From: Octopus bimaculoides
Lineage: Eukaryota
Assembly (NCBI RefSeq): GCF_001194135.2
Contig: NC_069001.1
Coordinates: 12,163,203-12,196,976 of the forward strand
Length of the DNA stretch: 33,774 nucleotides
Direction: 5' to 3'
The position numbers and the translations under genes were made by a program. Below the pieces are notes generated by a model, which saw only the letters and a program-made list of their open reading frames with translations, ran no database searches and was not told the origin of the DNA. This document shows, piece after piece, positions 21,991-33,774 of this stretch (its first letter is position 1; every line of letters begins with the position of its first letter).

Positions 21991-22589
21991 TACGTCGATA
22001 TTTTTTAAAATAATCAAAAAAAGCTTTTGTGTAATAATTGGTTAAGAGAAACAGTATTAACACCCATCGGCTGGAACATACTTTCGGTGCCAACTTAATC
22101 TTTTACTCAGTTTACAATCATAACCTCTTCCTCAGAAGTCATTTATCGGGGAACATACTGTTGGATGCATTCGGCTCAATTAAGAGATCTAAAGATATTT
22201 CCATCATCACCCCCCACCGCTCCCACCACCATCAAATTCCCGCCTAGCTGTCGCGGAATCTCAGGAAGAAGTCAAAAGTACTCTTCTACGAATTCTTTAT
22301 AAATATCTTAAAAACAAATTAATTTAGCGAAGATTTCGTCTCCTGTACAAATGACAAATAAAAAGTAAGAGAAGGCGAAAAAAAAAAAACTGCTCCAAAA
22401 TATTTCGAAGGGGGAAACACATTATTACTTTTATAACCTCATTTTATTATGATTGGCTGCGAAGAGGAATCAGATTAGTTGTTTCGTATTTTGCTTCTCT
22501 TTTTTCTTACTGAAATAGTATATCACATACAGTGATATTAACAGGTAAATGATGCTATATACAATGTCTTATCAAAGACAAAAACACAA

Positions 22590-23065
22590 TAGAGAGAGAG
22601 AGAGAGAGAGAGAGAGATCCATGTATATATATATTTATTCATTTATATATAATTATATACATACATATCTGTATATATTTATATACATACATACATATAT
22701 ATATGCATGCATATATATATATATATATATACACACACATATATAAATATATATATATATATATGTGTGTATGTAGGTATATAAGTATATGAATATATGA
22801 ATATGCCTATCAATAAGTATACACACAGACACACACCAACATACACACACATATATGAATATATATATATATATAAGTGTACACATATATATACATATAT
22901 ATATATAAACGGGTGTGCATATATATATACATGTATATATATATATACGTGTATATACATATATGTCTACGTATATATATACATATATATACACAAACAC
23001 AATATATATATATATATATAGATGCATAGGTAGGTATACACACACGTACACACACACACACACGT

Positions 23066-23108
<43 letters not shown>

Positions 23109-23110
23109 GA
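22590..23110. repeat. (GA)n/(TA)n/(CA)n low-complexity block
   Basis: Direct reading. Confidence 0.9.
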
Positions 23111-24324
23111 AGAGAAATATAAAGCAGGCTTAGAATCGGAAATATTTGACGAAAAACACGGAAATGAAGCAAAATAGAAAGAAATTACAATGTGAAGCGT
23201 CACCTATTCCTAGGTCTAATAGGTCTATAGAAGTAATTTAATCATCAGAATTGCATACGTTGCATTGCTACAACCGATAGATTCAATATTCACAAACATA
23301 CACTAGAAGAGCTGTAGACGAAAGCTCTCTCTCTCTCTCTCTCTCTATCACAAACACTCATTCATATGCATACATATGTTTACACACACACACACACACG
23401 CATACATATATACAGATATCTAGCTGTTCGTTTGTCTATATATACCTATCAGTCTTTCTGTCTATCTGTTTGTCTGTGTTTTGTCTGTTTGTCTTTGTAT
23501 TTGTCTGTTTGTCTATCTATCTAACTAGTTTTCTCAATCTCCCTCTCCTGCTTTTCTCTCTTTTCTCTTTAATTCTGTCTTTTACCTTATCCCTTTGCTC
23601 TCTTTCGCTCACTTTCTCTGTCTTTTTCTATATATGTATGTATATATATATATGTGTGTGTGTGTGTATATATGTACATGTGTATGTATATGTATGTATG
23701 TATGTGCGTACGTACGTACCAATGTATGTATGCATGTATTCATCTATGGGTATATCACAGGTTATATTTACCAGCATTTCTAGCATTTTTAGTACCAAAA
23801 TTATCTTTATAGCTTTACTGACATAATAAACGGCGCAAAATAAGTTAAGGAAAGCAAATTTATCACCCAAATTAATTTACTTCCTTCTCTAACTTTCGAC
23901 CTTTTTTAGCTCAGGCCACTCGATAGATTTATTACACAGAATTTCCTATCTGAGAGCATCTATGATATGAACGTTGCCAATGTTGAGAACCTAGACAGCT
24001 ATCGACTCCTGCTGTTATCATCTCGCTATATTCCACCATCGCGGTTCTCATTCTCATGCTTGCTTGTCGTTAAATCGTTTTGAATGTTATGTGGTAATCT
24101 TAACCGCTCAATACGCTCTGTGTTCGAATTCCACGGATGTCAGTGGGCCGTTGCTGAATAAATTATCGTGGCCTTCACTTAAGGCTAGATTGAGAATATT
24201 CTTCAAATATTCATGGAATTCCTCTTATTGTGTGAAACATATTATTGCTGACGATGTGCTGTGTGGTCCTACGGGTAGCCTAGATCGTTTTTTTTGTTGT
24301 CATTTTAAAGTTATGTTAACCCAA

Positions 24325-24633
24325 TATTTACCAGTTACGCACTGGATCGATATAATCGACTTAATCCGTTTGTCTGTCCTTGTTTGTCCCCTCTGTGTGT
24401 AGCCCCCTGTGGGCAGTAAAGAAAAAAGAAACGTTCGAACTCCGGGCGAAATGCTTAGCGGTATTTCGTCTGCCGTTACGTTCTGGGTTCAAATTCCACC
24501 TTGGTCGACTTTGCTTTCATCCTTTCGGGGTCAATATATTAAGTACCAGTTACGCACTGGGGTCGATGGAATCAACTTAATCCCTTTGTCTGTCCCCTCT
24601 ATGTTTAGCCACTTGTGGGCAATAAAGAAATAG
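24325..24633 (+). mobile_element. Family A SINE tandem (tail 1 remnant + 5'-clipped monomer with tail 1)
   Basis: ACCAGTTACGCACTGG...TTAATCC(G/C)TTTGTCTGTCC occurs twice (about 24330 and 24545); the second monomer starts CCGGGCGAAATGCTTAGCGG. Confidence 0.9.
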
Positions 24634-25659
24634 GAAAATTTCTTATTGGAGAGCCATGGCTGCGTCAATACGTGTATGTGATGCACGAATATGAACATTG
24701 TAGAAAAAGTTTTGTTGGCAAAACTTTCAATATCTGGTAAGAGTTAAATAATAAATAATAAATTTGGCACGTTGTGAAATGATCCAATATTGATAGAAAA
24801 TAACTTAATGGAAGAGTAAAGATAGCATGCTGTTAAAATATCCGATTTCATGATACATCAATTTGATTGGGTGACTAACAACCACACAGTTCCAGGTGTC
24901 TGCGTTAGCTGGACGGAAATAAAAATCTCGTGAGTGGTATATCTAAATATCTATGTAAGTGAGAACAACTAAATGACATCGAACTAGACACATATTCATG
25001 CTTATCTAGCCATCCATCAATATATCTACGCGAACATACATTTATATATGTATATATATATATATATANNNNNNNNNNNNNNNNNNNNNNNNNNNNNNNN
25101 NNNNNNNNNNNNNNNNNNNNNNNNNNNNNNNNNNNNNNNNNNNNNNNNNNNNNNNNNNNNNNNNNNNNACAAATATATATATATATATAAACAAATATAT
25201 ATATATATAAACAAATATGTATATATATAAACAAATATATATATATATAAGTAAATAAATAAATAAATATATATATATAAATTAATAAATATATATAAAT
25301 GAATAAATATACATACATTTATATATGTAAATATATATACATATACTTATATGTGTATGTATGTATGTGTGTATATATATATATTATTCTCTCTCTGATC
25401 TCTGTCGCATGAAGATAGCGCCAATTATTTTTAGGTCTTTGAGAACAGTATCAGAAAGCATCTAGAGGAATATATATGAAACTGGAATAGCGTGCCCAGT
25501 AGAACTGTTACAAAAGAGATTGCCTCCTTGCTACGGCCAGAATAATAAGGAAAGTATTAGATAGCTGAAAAGAAAGAATAGCATAGTACGGTAGGCTGCA
25601 GGCAGTAGGCCCGCTAGTTATGCAAGACTCCAGAAGCTCTAAAACAACTGTGATAAATA

Positions 25660-25796
25660 GAAGATGGTGGTAGTAGTAGTAATAATAATAATAATAATAA
25701 TGAAACACTCCTCGCACGTGACTTGATATGTGACTTTGTCGTTACAACGACTGTGACGTAGGAAGTCGAGAAGTTGGTGAAGTCGATCTTACTACC
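25660..25796 (+). mobile_element. LTR-like segment 5' of the Gypsy remnant
   Basis: GAAGTCGAGAAGTTGGTGAAGTC (25762-25784) matches 27711-27733 at 22/23, with looser shared AATAATG..CCTC..ACGTGAC..ATGTGA..GTTACAA upstream. Confidence 0.55.
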
Positions 25797-25824
25797 AAAT
25801 TTATATTCCCTATACAAACGTTGT

Positions 25825-27420
25825 AAGAGCCCCGCTCACTGTTTTGTTAAAGGATAATGCTAAATGGTGCTGGGCTGATAAGCGCCAGAAGGCATTTGAC
25901 AAATTAAAAAGAAACATTTTAAAAATCGAACATATGATTAATGCATTTTGATCCGAAGCTGGATATTATATCGGCAATATCGGCGAGTGATTATGGTGTA
26001 GGAGGAGTGTTTTTTTACAAATATGACGATAGCAATAAAAAGGCCATAACCCATGCGTTACGATCATTATTACCAGCAGAAAGGAACTACAGCCAGATAG
26101 AAAATGAAGCATTAGCAATTATATTTGGATTATCAAACTGATCATCGCCCACTACTGTCGATATACGGGTCTAAAAAATAATATCAACACACACTGCGAA
26201 TAGACTACAACGATGAGGTATTACCTTATTGAATTATGATTTAAAAGTGAAACGTTGACCGACAAAGAAACTAGGGAATGCGGATGGTTTGTCCAGACTG
26301 ATACCGAAATATTGCGAGCCATTAATATCAGAAGGAAAATGTAATGTGGTACGCGAATTACTGGTGACCCTAGAAGACATAAAACGAAACGGAGAAAAGT
26401 ACAAATTCATAACAGAAATGAAAGGAATACTGTGTACAGGAAAGTTAAATAGGAGCAGGATTAGTGTGAAACGAAATCAAGCCGTGGACGTATATTTCAT
26501 TTGTGATAGCGTGTTGAGAGTAGTAATATCAGAAACACAGCAAAAGAAAATGTTGCGAGAAATGTGTGTTGGACATCCTGGTATTTCGAGGATGAAAGCT
26601 TTAATGCGTATCTACGTATACTGGTCAAAAATGGATTGCGAAATTGAGAATTTAGTGAAAAGCTGCAAAGTATGTGCTCTAGCAGCAAAATTACCGACGA
26701 TAAAACGTGAACCTTGGGCCAAAATTAAATGCTCCGTGGTCGGGAGCACACATTGATTGAGTTGATCCTTTAAATGGTTCATAATACGCAGTGGTAGTAG
26801 ATAGTTTCTCTGAATGGGCAGACATTTCTAAGTGTAAAATGTCAACCTCCTCAAGTTCGGTGAAGATTTTACATGAGCAGTTTGCGAGATATGGCATCCC
26901 ATACACTATTGTGTCTGATATTGGAACGCAGTTTGTGTCTTTCGAATTTAAGAAAAAAGTTTGTCAAATTTTCGCCGTGGGACATGTAACTACAGTGCAA
27001 TATGATTCCAAATCTAACGGACAAGCAGAATATTCAAGAGAGCCATAAGAATGTCGAATAAGGAAGTGTTGGATGAGGTAGCTCTACAACGATTCCTAAG
27101 AGTATACCGTGTGATACTAAATCCAAACACACCGGCTGGTGTTTGTGAGGAAAGTAAATTCAGTCTTCGACAAATTGCTGCCTGGCGAATAAAGAGAAAT
27201 CGTGATGGATAATACAGCAAGATATTTCGAAATGCTGAAAATGTATTAGTTAGGGCATATAAGAACGTCAAACAAATTTGGGAAGATGGCGTGATTACCA
27301 AACGCATAGGGAAAATGCTATACTTGGTAAGAGGAAGAAAACGGGAACACAAGAGACACATGAATCAACTAAAAAAGAGATTCATGGAGAGCGAACCCAA
27401 GAGAACGGAAGGATCAATGG
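25825..27420 (+). pseudogene. Decayed Ty3/Gypsy pol (end of RT, RNase H, integrase), multiple stops and frameshifts
   Basis: RAPLTVLLKDNAKWCW..QKAFDKLK; RNase H HFDPKL..ASDYGVGGV..ERNYSQIENEALAIIFG, TDHRPLLSIYG, ANRLQR*; NADGLSRL; integrase zinc finger CVGHPGISRMKALMR.YVYW..MD.EIENLVKSCKVC; core VVDSFSEW..FARYGIPYTIVSDIGTQF..SNGQAE; C-terminal W..GVITKRIGKMLYLV..HMNQLKKR. Confidence 0.95.
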
Positions 27421-27579
27421 AATAGTTATATGATACGTTTCAAGTACCAAACGCCACCACATAATTGAACCCAAACGCACAAGCGAAAGAAAAAAATGTG
27501 CGGAGTTCCTGGAAGTGAATGCTACACGAAGAAAATATTAACTTTGTAAGTGTATGAAAAAAACCTCAAAAAAGAGAGG

Positions 27580-27805
27580 TATTAAAATTATTGTTAGAAA
27601 GATTATAAATTTACACACCCTAAGAAGATATGGGATAATAATAATAATGGAGCAACCCTCCTACGTGACGAGGGGCATGTGATAGTTGTTACAAATATTT
27701 TGAAACCTAAGAAGTCGAGAAGTCGGTGAAGTCATTTATAGATAGTCGTGTCTTACTTGTCTCACTATACTGCTAAACTGGAGTGGATATTACTACTGTC
27801 CAACA
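27580..27805 (+). mobile_element. Probable 3' LTR preceded by a polypurine tract
   Basis: Purine run AAAAAAGAGAGG (27568-27579) after integrase; shares a motif with 25762-25784; ends TCCAACA at 27805. It starts TA rather than canonical TG. Boundaries are inferred. Confidence 0.55.
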
Positions 27806-27850
27806 ATGGATTACAACAAAATATATCGATATTAAGTATAACACATGCGG

Positions 27851-27889
<39 letters not shown>

Positions 27890-28075
27890 AACGCACGCAT
27901 AAACGCACACATTCATATATATATATATATGATGCAAAGAAAAACAATTTCCTTTACAGGGATGGAAAAGCATCTAATTTTCCACTGTTTTCATAAATTC
28001 ACTAAAGTCATTCAAAAATTTTATCTAAATATGCCGATATTAAACAGGTTTATAAAATTGTGATTATTTATTCGT

Positions 28076-28512
28076 TTCTTCTTTAGGCACAAGGCCCGAA
28101 ATTTTTGGGGAGGGGCCCAGTCAATTATATCGACACCAGTATGCAACTGGTACCTAATTTATCGACTCCGCGAGGATGAAAGGCAAAGTCGACCTCGACG
28201 GAATTTAAACTTAGAGTGTAAAGACAGACGAAATATTGCCAAGCGTTTCGCCCGGCGTGCTAACATTTTATATTTCTTTATTGCCCACAGGGGGCTAAAT
28301 ATAGAAGGGACAAACAAGGACAGACAAAGGATTAAGTCGATTACATCGACCCCTGTGCGTAACTGGTAGTTAATTTATCGCCCCCGAAAGGATGAAAGGC
28401 AAAGTCGACCTCGGCGGAATTCGAACTCAGAACGTAACTGCAGATAAAATACCGCTAAGCATTTCGCCCGGTGTGCTAACGTTTTTGCCAGCACTGCCAG
28501 CACGCCGCCTTT
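28076..28512 (-). mobile_element. Family A SINE tandem dimer (full head + tail 1, then 5'-clipped monomer + tail 2)
   Basis: Monomer 28512-28271 has head AAGGCGGCGTGCTGGCAG with a GCTGGCA duplication; monomer 28265-28076 ends in GGGCCTTGTGCCTAAAG. Same order as 14695-15018. Confidence 0.9.
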
Positions 28513-29499
28513 TGCAATTATTTATTACCTATGCTAATTCATATATAATAAATAAATAAATGAATTATCAAAGATTTATTTAGTTTCACAGAGGAAAATA
28601 ACTTATACTCAATCAATATGCTTATAATTATCATGGGTGTATAATTTTTAAAGAACAGGATATGCACAATCTAAATTTACTATGACATTGGCTACGATAA
28701 ATATCACTATATACATAATTTTTAAAAATATATAATTATATTTAAGAATTTACATATTCTTCGATTATTTACTAATATAATTATTATTTTTAGTAATTAT
28801 TACAAATAATAACATAAAGGAAAAAAGAGAAATTTACTTTGATTTTCAGAGGAAAATAAACCATTGTAAATGTGTATAGACTTATATATTTATGCTTTCC
28901 AAAACAATAGAACTGGAAGTAAGTTATATGACAATATAAATGTTGTTAATCACTATAGGGTCTATTATATATTTATTCGTATATTGTTATTAATCAAATT
29001 TAATTTAAATACTTATAATCATTTAAGATTTTAAAAAAAGAAATAATGCAATTTTGAATGTATAACTTTAATTCATCTACGAATATAATACTATAGTTTT
29101 ATACTTAAGATGAATACATTATCTTATTTGTAAATATTAATCTAATACGAGACAATTAAATTATATTTTATATAATACTAAATTTATTTAGTAATACAAT
29201 GTAATATTATAACTATCCATATTAATATACTAATTTAAACTTACTAATTAGTCAGTTCCAATAAAGAATTTTCTTCATAGTTCAATTACATTAAAACATG
29301 TGGATTGCGTTATAAAGATGCGTAAAGATCATAACGAAAAGTGTGTTCATGTCATCATCAATAACTTCAAAGTTTTACCATGATGTTATGTATGTATTAA
29401 TTCAATTGATTTTTTTATCAATTTATTTATTTAGCAATATATGTTCCTTAGTTAATTAACGATCTATTAAGTAAAAATGTATATGAATTCAAATATATA

Positions 29500-29586
29500 T
29501 GGAGAGATATCCACAGATAAATATATATATATATACACCTGCACATATACGTATAAATACAAGTATACACATTCACAAAGATATAT

Positions 29587-29626
<40 letters not shown>

Positions 29627-29636
29627 NNNNNNNNNN

Positions 29637-29671
<35 letters not shown>

Positions 29672-30006
29672 TTATGGACATATACACATACACACGCACA
29701 CATATATAGATGTATATATATATAGACAAGCACATATAGGTGTGTATATGGATATATAGAGAGACAAACACATATAGATATGTATACATAGTCACACATA
29801 TACAAATATAGACATGCACACATACACACTCACACATAGATATATATGCACACAGATCTACACAAATATACAGGAACAGACATATTAGATGCATCATGCA
29901 TATGTTAGTATATATTTACCTAAATATATGAAAGAATAATAATAATAATAAAAATTAATAATCAACACACACATATATCCATATACATACATATACACAA
30001 ACACAC

Positions 30007-30055
<49 letters not shown>

Positions 30056-30206
30056 GTATATGCATCAGCATATCTTTATGTATACATATACACATACACA
30101 TCTATACATATATAAAACATATATGTGAGTATACATTTACCTAAATATATATAAAAATGTATAATAACCATGAATCATTAACGTATAATTATATGTTCTT
30201 TCCTAT

Positions 30207-30235
<29 letters not shown>
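29500..30235. repeat. (TA)/(CA) low-complexity block
   Basis: Direct reading; includes a 10-N gap. Confidence 0.85.
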
Positions 30236-30238
<3 letters not shown>

Positions 30239-30419
30239 CAACGTACTTCTCCATATGAAACCACATAAATATATTTATAAAAAACCTATAAAAATGAATA
30301 CTAAATAAGTATCAATATAATCATTATTCCTTCCCATTATAATTATTATTTAATTAAAATAATTACACCTAATATATATAATTATAGCCAATATAAAATT
30401 ATATTATATTATTGTAATA

Positions 30420-30810
30420 TAATATGTTAATAATTTATAATTAAAATATATCAATCGTAAATCTCTATTTCCCTTTAATTATATTATGTTAATAGATTAT
30501 ATTTAAAACATGTCAATCATAAATCCCCAATCTCTTAATTATATTATATTAATAAATCACATGTAAAATATCTCAATCGTAAATCTCCATTTTCTTTTAA
30601 TTATATTATATTAATAAATTATATTCAAAATATGTCAATCGTAAATCGCGATATTCTTTTAATTATATTATGTTAATAAATTGTATTTACAATATGTCAA
30701 TCGTCAACCTCCATCTTCTTTTAATTAAATTATCTTATATTTATTGTAATATAACATTATGTTAATAAATTATATGTAAACTACGTTAATCGAAAATGTC
30801 CATTGTATAT
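30420..30810. repeat. AT-rich ~62-bp minisatellite, 5-6 diverged units
   Basis: Anchor TCAATC(G/A)T at 30451, 30513, 30573, 30635 and 30697, and TTAATCG at 30786 (spacings 62, 60, 62, 62, 89). Confidence 0.85.
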
Positions 30811-30844
30811 ATATATGTCTATATATATATATATATATATATAT

Positions 30845-31512
30845 NNNNNNNNNNNNNNNNNNNNNNNNNNNNNNNNNNNNNNNNNNNNNNNNNNNNNNNN
30901 NNNNNNNNNNNNNNNNNNNNNNNNNNNNNNNNNNNNNNNNNNNNNNNNNNNNNNNNNNNNNNNNNNNNNNNNNNNNNNNNNNNNNNNNNNNNNNNNNNNN
31001 NNNNNNNNNNNNNNNNNNNNNNNNNNNNNNNNNNNNNNNNNNNNNNNNNNNNNNNNNNNNNNNNNNNNNNNNNNNNNNNNNNNNNNNNNNNNNNNNNNNN
31101 NNNNNNNNNNNNNNNNNNNNNNNNNNNNNNNNNNNNNNNNNNNNNNNNNNNNNNNNNNNNNNNNNNNNNNNNNNNNNNNNNNNNNNNNNNNNNNNNNNNN
31201 NNNNNNNNNNNNNNNNNNNNNNNNNNNNNNNNNNNNNNNNNNNNNNNNNNNNNNNNNNNNNNNNNNNNNNNNNNNNNNNNNNNNNNNNNNNNNNNNNNNN
31301 NNNNNNNNNNNNNNNNNNNNNNNNNNNNNNNNNNNNNNNNNNNNNNNNNNNNNNNNNNNNNNNNNNNNNNNNNNNNNNNNNNNNNNNNNNNNNNNNNNNN
31401 NNNNNNNNNNNNNNNNNNNNNNNNNNNNNNNNNNNNNNNNNNNNNNNNNNNNNNNNNNNNNNNNNNNNNNNNNNNNNNNNNNNNNNNNNNNNNNNNNNNN
31501 NNNNNNNNNNNN
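30845..31512. other. Assembly gap (668 N)
   Basis: N run. Other gaps: 5460-5559, 7326-7335, 18581-18599, 25069-25168, 29627-29636. All but 18581-18599 abut microsatellites. Confidence 1.
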
Positions 31513-31593
31513 ATGAAAATTTAACAAATTTCTACGCAATCTTCCTGGTGAACTCCAGGAAGTACTAAAAAAAATGTTTTCAGCAAGACGCCC

Positions 31594-31638
<45 letters not shown>

Positions 31639-32169
31639 TACTACTACTACTAACGTCGTATCTCACACGTTGCCTGCTTTCACACGAGTAGGGAGCATCC
31701 GCTGCGGAGAAAGCTCTCATTCTAGACTTTCATTCGAAACATAATCTAAAAGACCGTCGAGCGTCGCTATGAAAATTCAAGGATCTCGTCACGTCACGTC
31801 ACATGCGTTATATCTACATAGGTATAAAAGAAAAACTTCCAGGGTTAATCAATATTCAGTTCATTGGAAGTTTGGGAATCTGTGGTTGTTTGTAGTGAGT
31901 ATTTGGATATCATCTTTCACAGTCTCTGAGTGTCTGCATCACTTTAAGTGCGTGAGTATCCAAATACACACAATCATATATACACAGACATGGGTACACA
32001 GACGCAAGCACGCACACACGAATATATATATATGCCCGTGTGTAGGTGGATGTCTGCATATTTCATTGTAAGATTGTACTTCAGTATGTATTCCTATTTA
32101 TGTAAAAATACGTATGTATCATTGCATGTGTACCTGCACGTGTATTTGTATGGAAATATGTGCATAGGT

Positions 32170-32625
<456 letters not shown>

Positions 32626-33185
32626 CACATCGACAATCAGACGTTTTCTCAGTAATATTTAATCATAAATCATATATAGAATTTATACGTCACCAAATAT
32701 TCTCCATGTTGTACTGCAACGATACCAATACGAACAACAACGCTAATAATAACAATACCAACAGCAACAGCAAGAAGAACAATAATGATATAAAAAAATA
32801 AACCTAAACGAAACCTGGAGCTGTTTTAACTAATTTCTGTGGATTCGTTGCTTCGCTCCTTCTTCCGATAATTTCTATTTTTAAAACAGACGCCTTCTTT
32901 GAAAGCTTCCTCAACTATTTCTTCATGAAATTTTAATTAATGAAAACACATTTAGACTATTGTAAATTTTAAATGGCATATTAAGTCAAAGCAAGTGAAA
33001 CGAAAATAGAAAACTACAGATGCAAACACCGAATGGAATGGTGATAGTTTTGGTAACATTCTTCTGACTTGTGTTTTATTTTGATGTTAATTTTATATAT
33101 TCTGAAATTTTTCAGATATTATTAAAATATTCGCTAAATTGTATAGTTGTTGTTATAGTCGTAGCTTGTATGTCTACGTTTGATT

Positions 33186-33221
<36 letters not shown>

Positions 33222-33580
33222 GTATATATAAATGTATGTATGCATATATATATATATATATATATAGATGCATGTATGTATGTATACATATATCTATGTG
33301 TATATATACATATATATTATATATGTAAATTTCTGCATGTATGCTTGTAGTGTATGTCATGTATGTATGTGCATATGTGTGTGGATATATAACTGACTGA
33401 GAATGTATGAATGCAATATGTAGTTATGTATATATTGTGTATCTATGTATATGTTTGTGTTTGTTTTGTGTACATGTGTGTATATATCTTCCCATCACAC
33501 ACACATTTGAACATTTACGCATAGATGTATAATATATATATATATATATATATACGTATATATATATACTTTTAATTTTT

Positions 33581-33619
33581 CCAGCCATTTGACTGTGGCC
33601 ATGCTGGAACACCGCCTTT
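33581..33619 (-). mobile_element. SINE family B extreme 3' tail fragment
   Basis: CCAGCCATTTGACTGTGGCCATGCTGGAACACCGCCTT matches the tail at 11405-11445. Confidence 0.7.
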
Positions 33620-33714
33620 AATTTATATTTATATCTATGTATATATATAAATATATCTATTTCTATACATATACATACGTACACACACACACACATATAT
33701 ATATATACACACAC

Positions 33715-33774
<60 letters not shown>

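Overview
Eukaryotic, AT-rich, microsatellite-laden draft-assembly DNA with six N gaps. The SINE repertoire looks like octopus (coleoid cephalopod) intronic or intergenic sequence; the taxon is my inference from pattern recognition, not a database hit. I find no intact protein-coding gene, and almost all ORFs in the track are translations of (TA)n/(TG)n/(CA)n repeats. Supported content: about 20 tRNA-derived SINE copies or fragments in three modular families (my labels A, B, C); a decayed Ty3/Gypsy pol remnant (end of RT, RNase H, integrase) with LTR-like flanks at 25.66-27.8 kb; an N-terminal mariner transposase fragment (8.47-8.83 kb, minus); a CCHC zinc-knuckle gag/ORF1-like fragment (21.5 kb, minus); and several mini- and microsatellites. 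The most interesting signals are (i) a repeat present twice that carries a degenerate minimal type I hammerhead-ribozyme fold, in one copy directly downstream of a tRNA-like Pol III head, (ii) an unexplained 31-bp near-perfect inverted repeat enclosing a second hairpin, (iii) recurrent SINE dimers and head/tail swapping, and (iv) a possible isolated host exon with an ABCA-like 'EERQRV' motif. None of these can be called novel without searches I cannot run.
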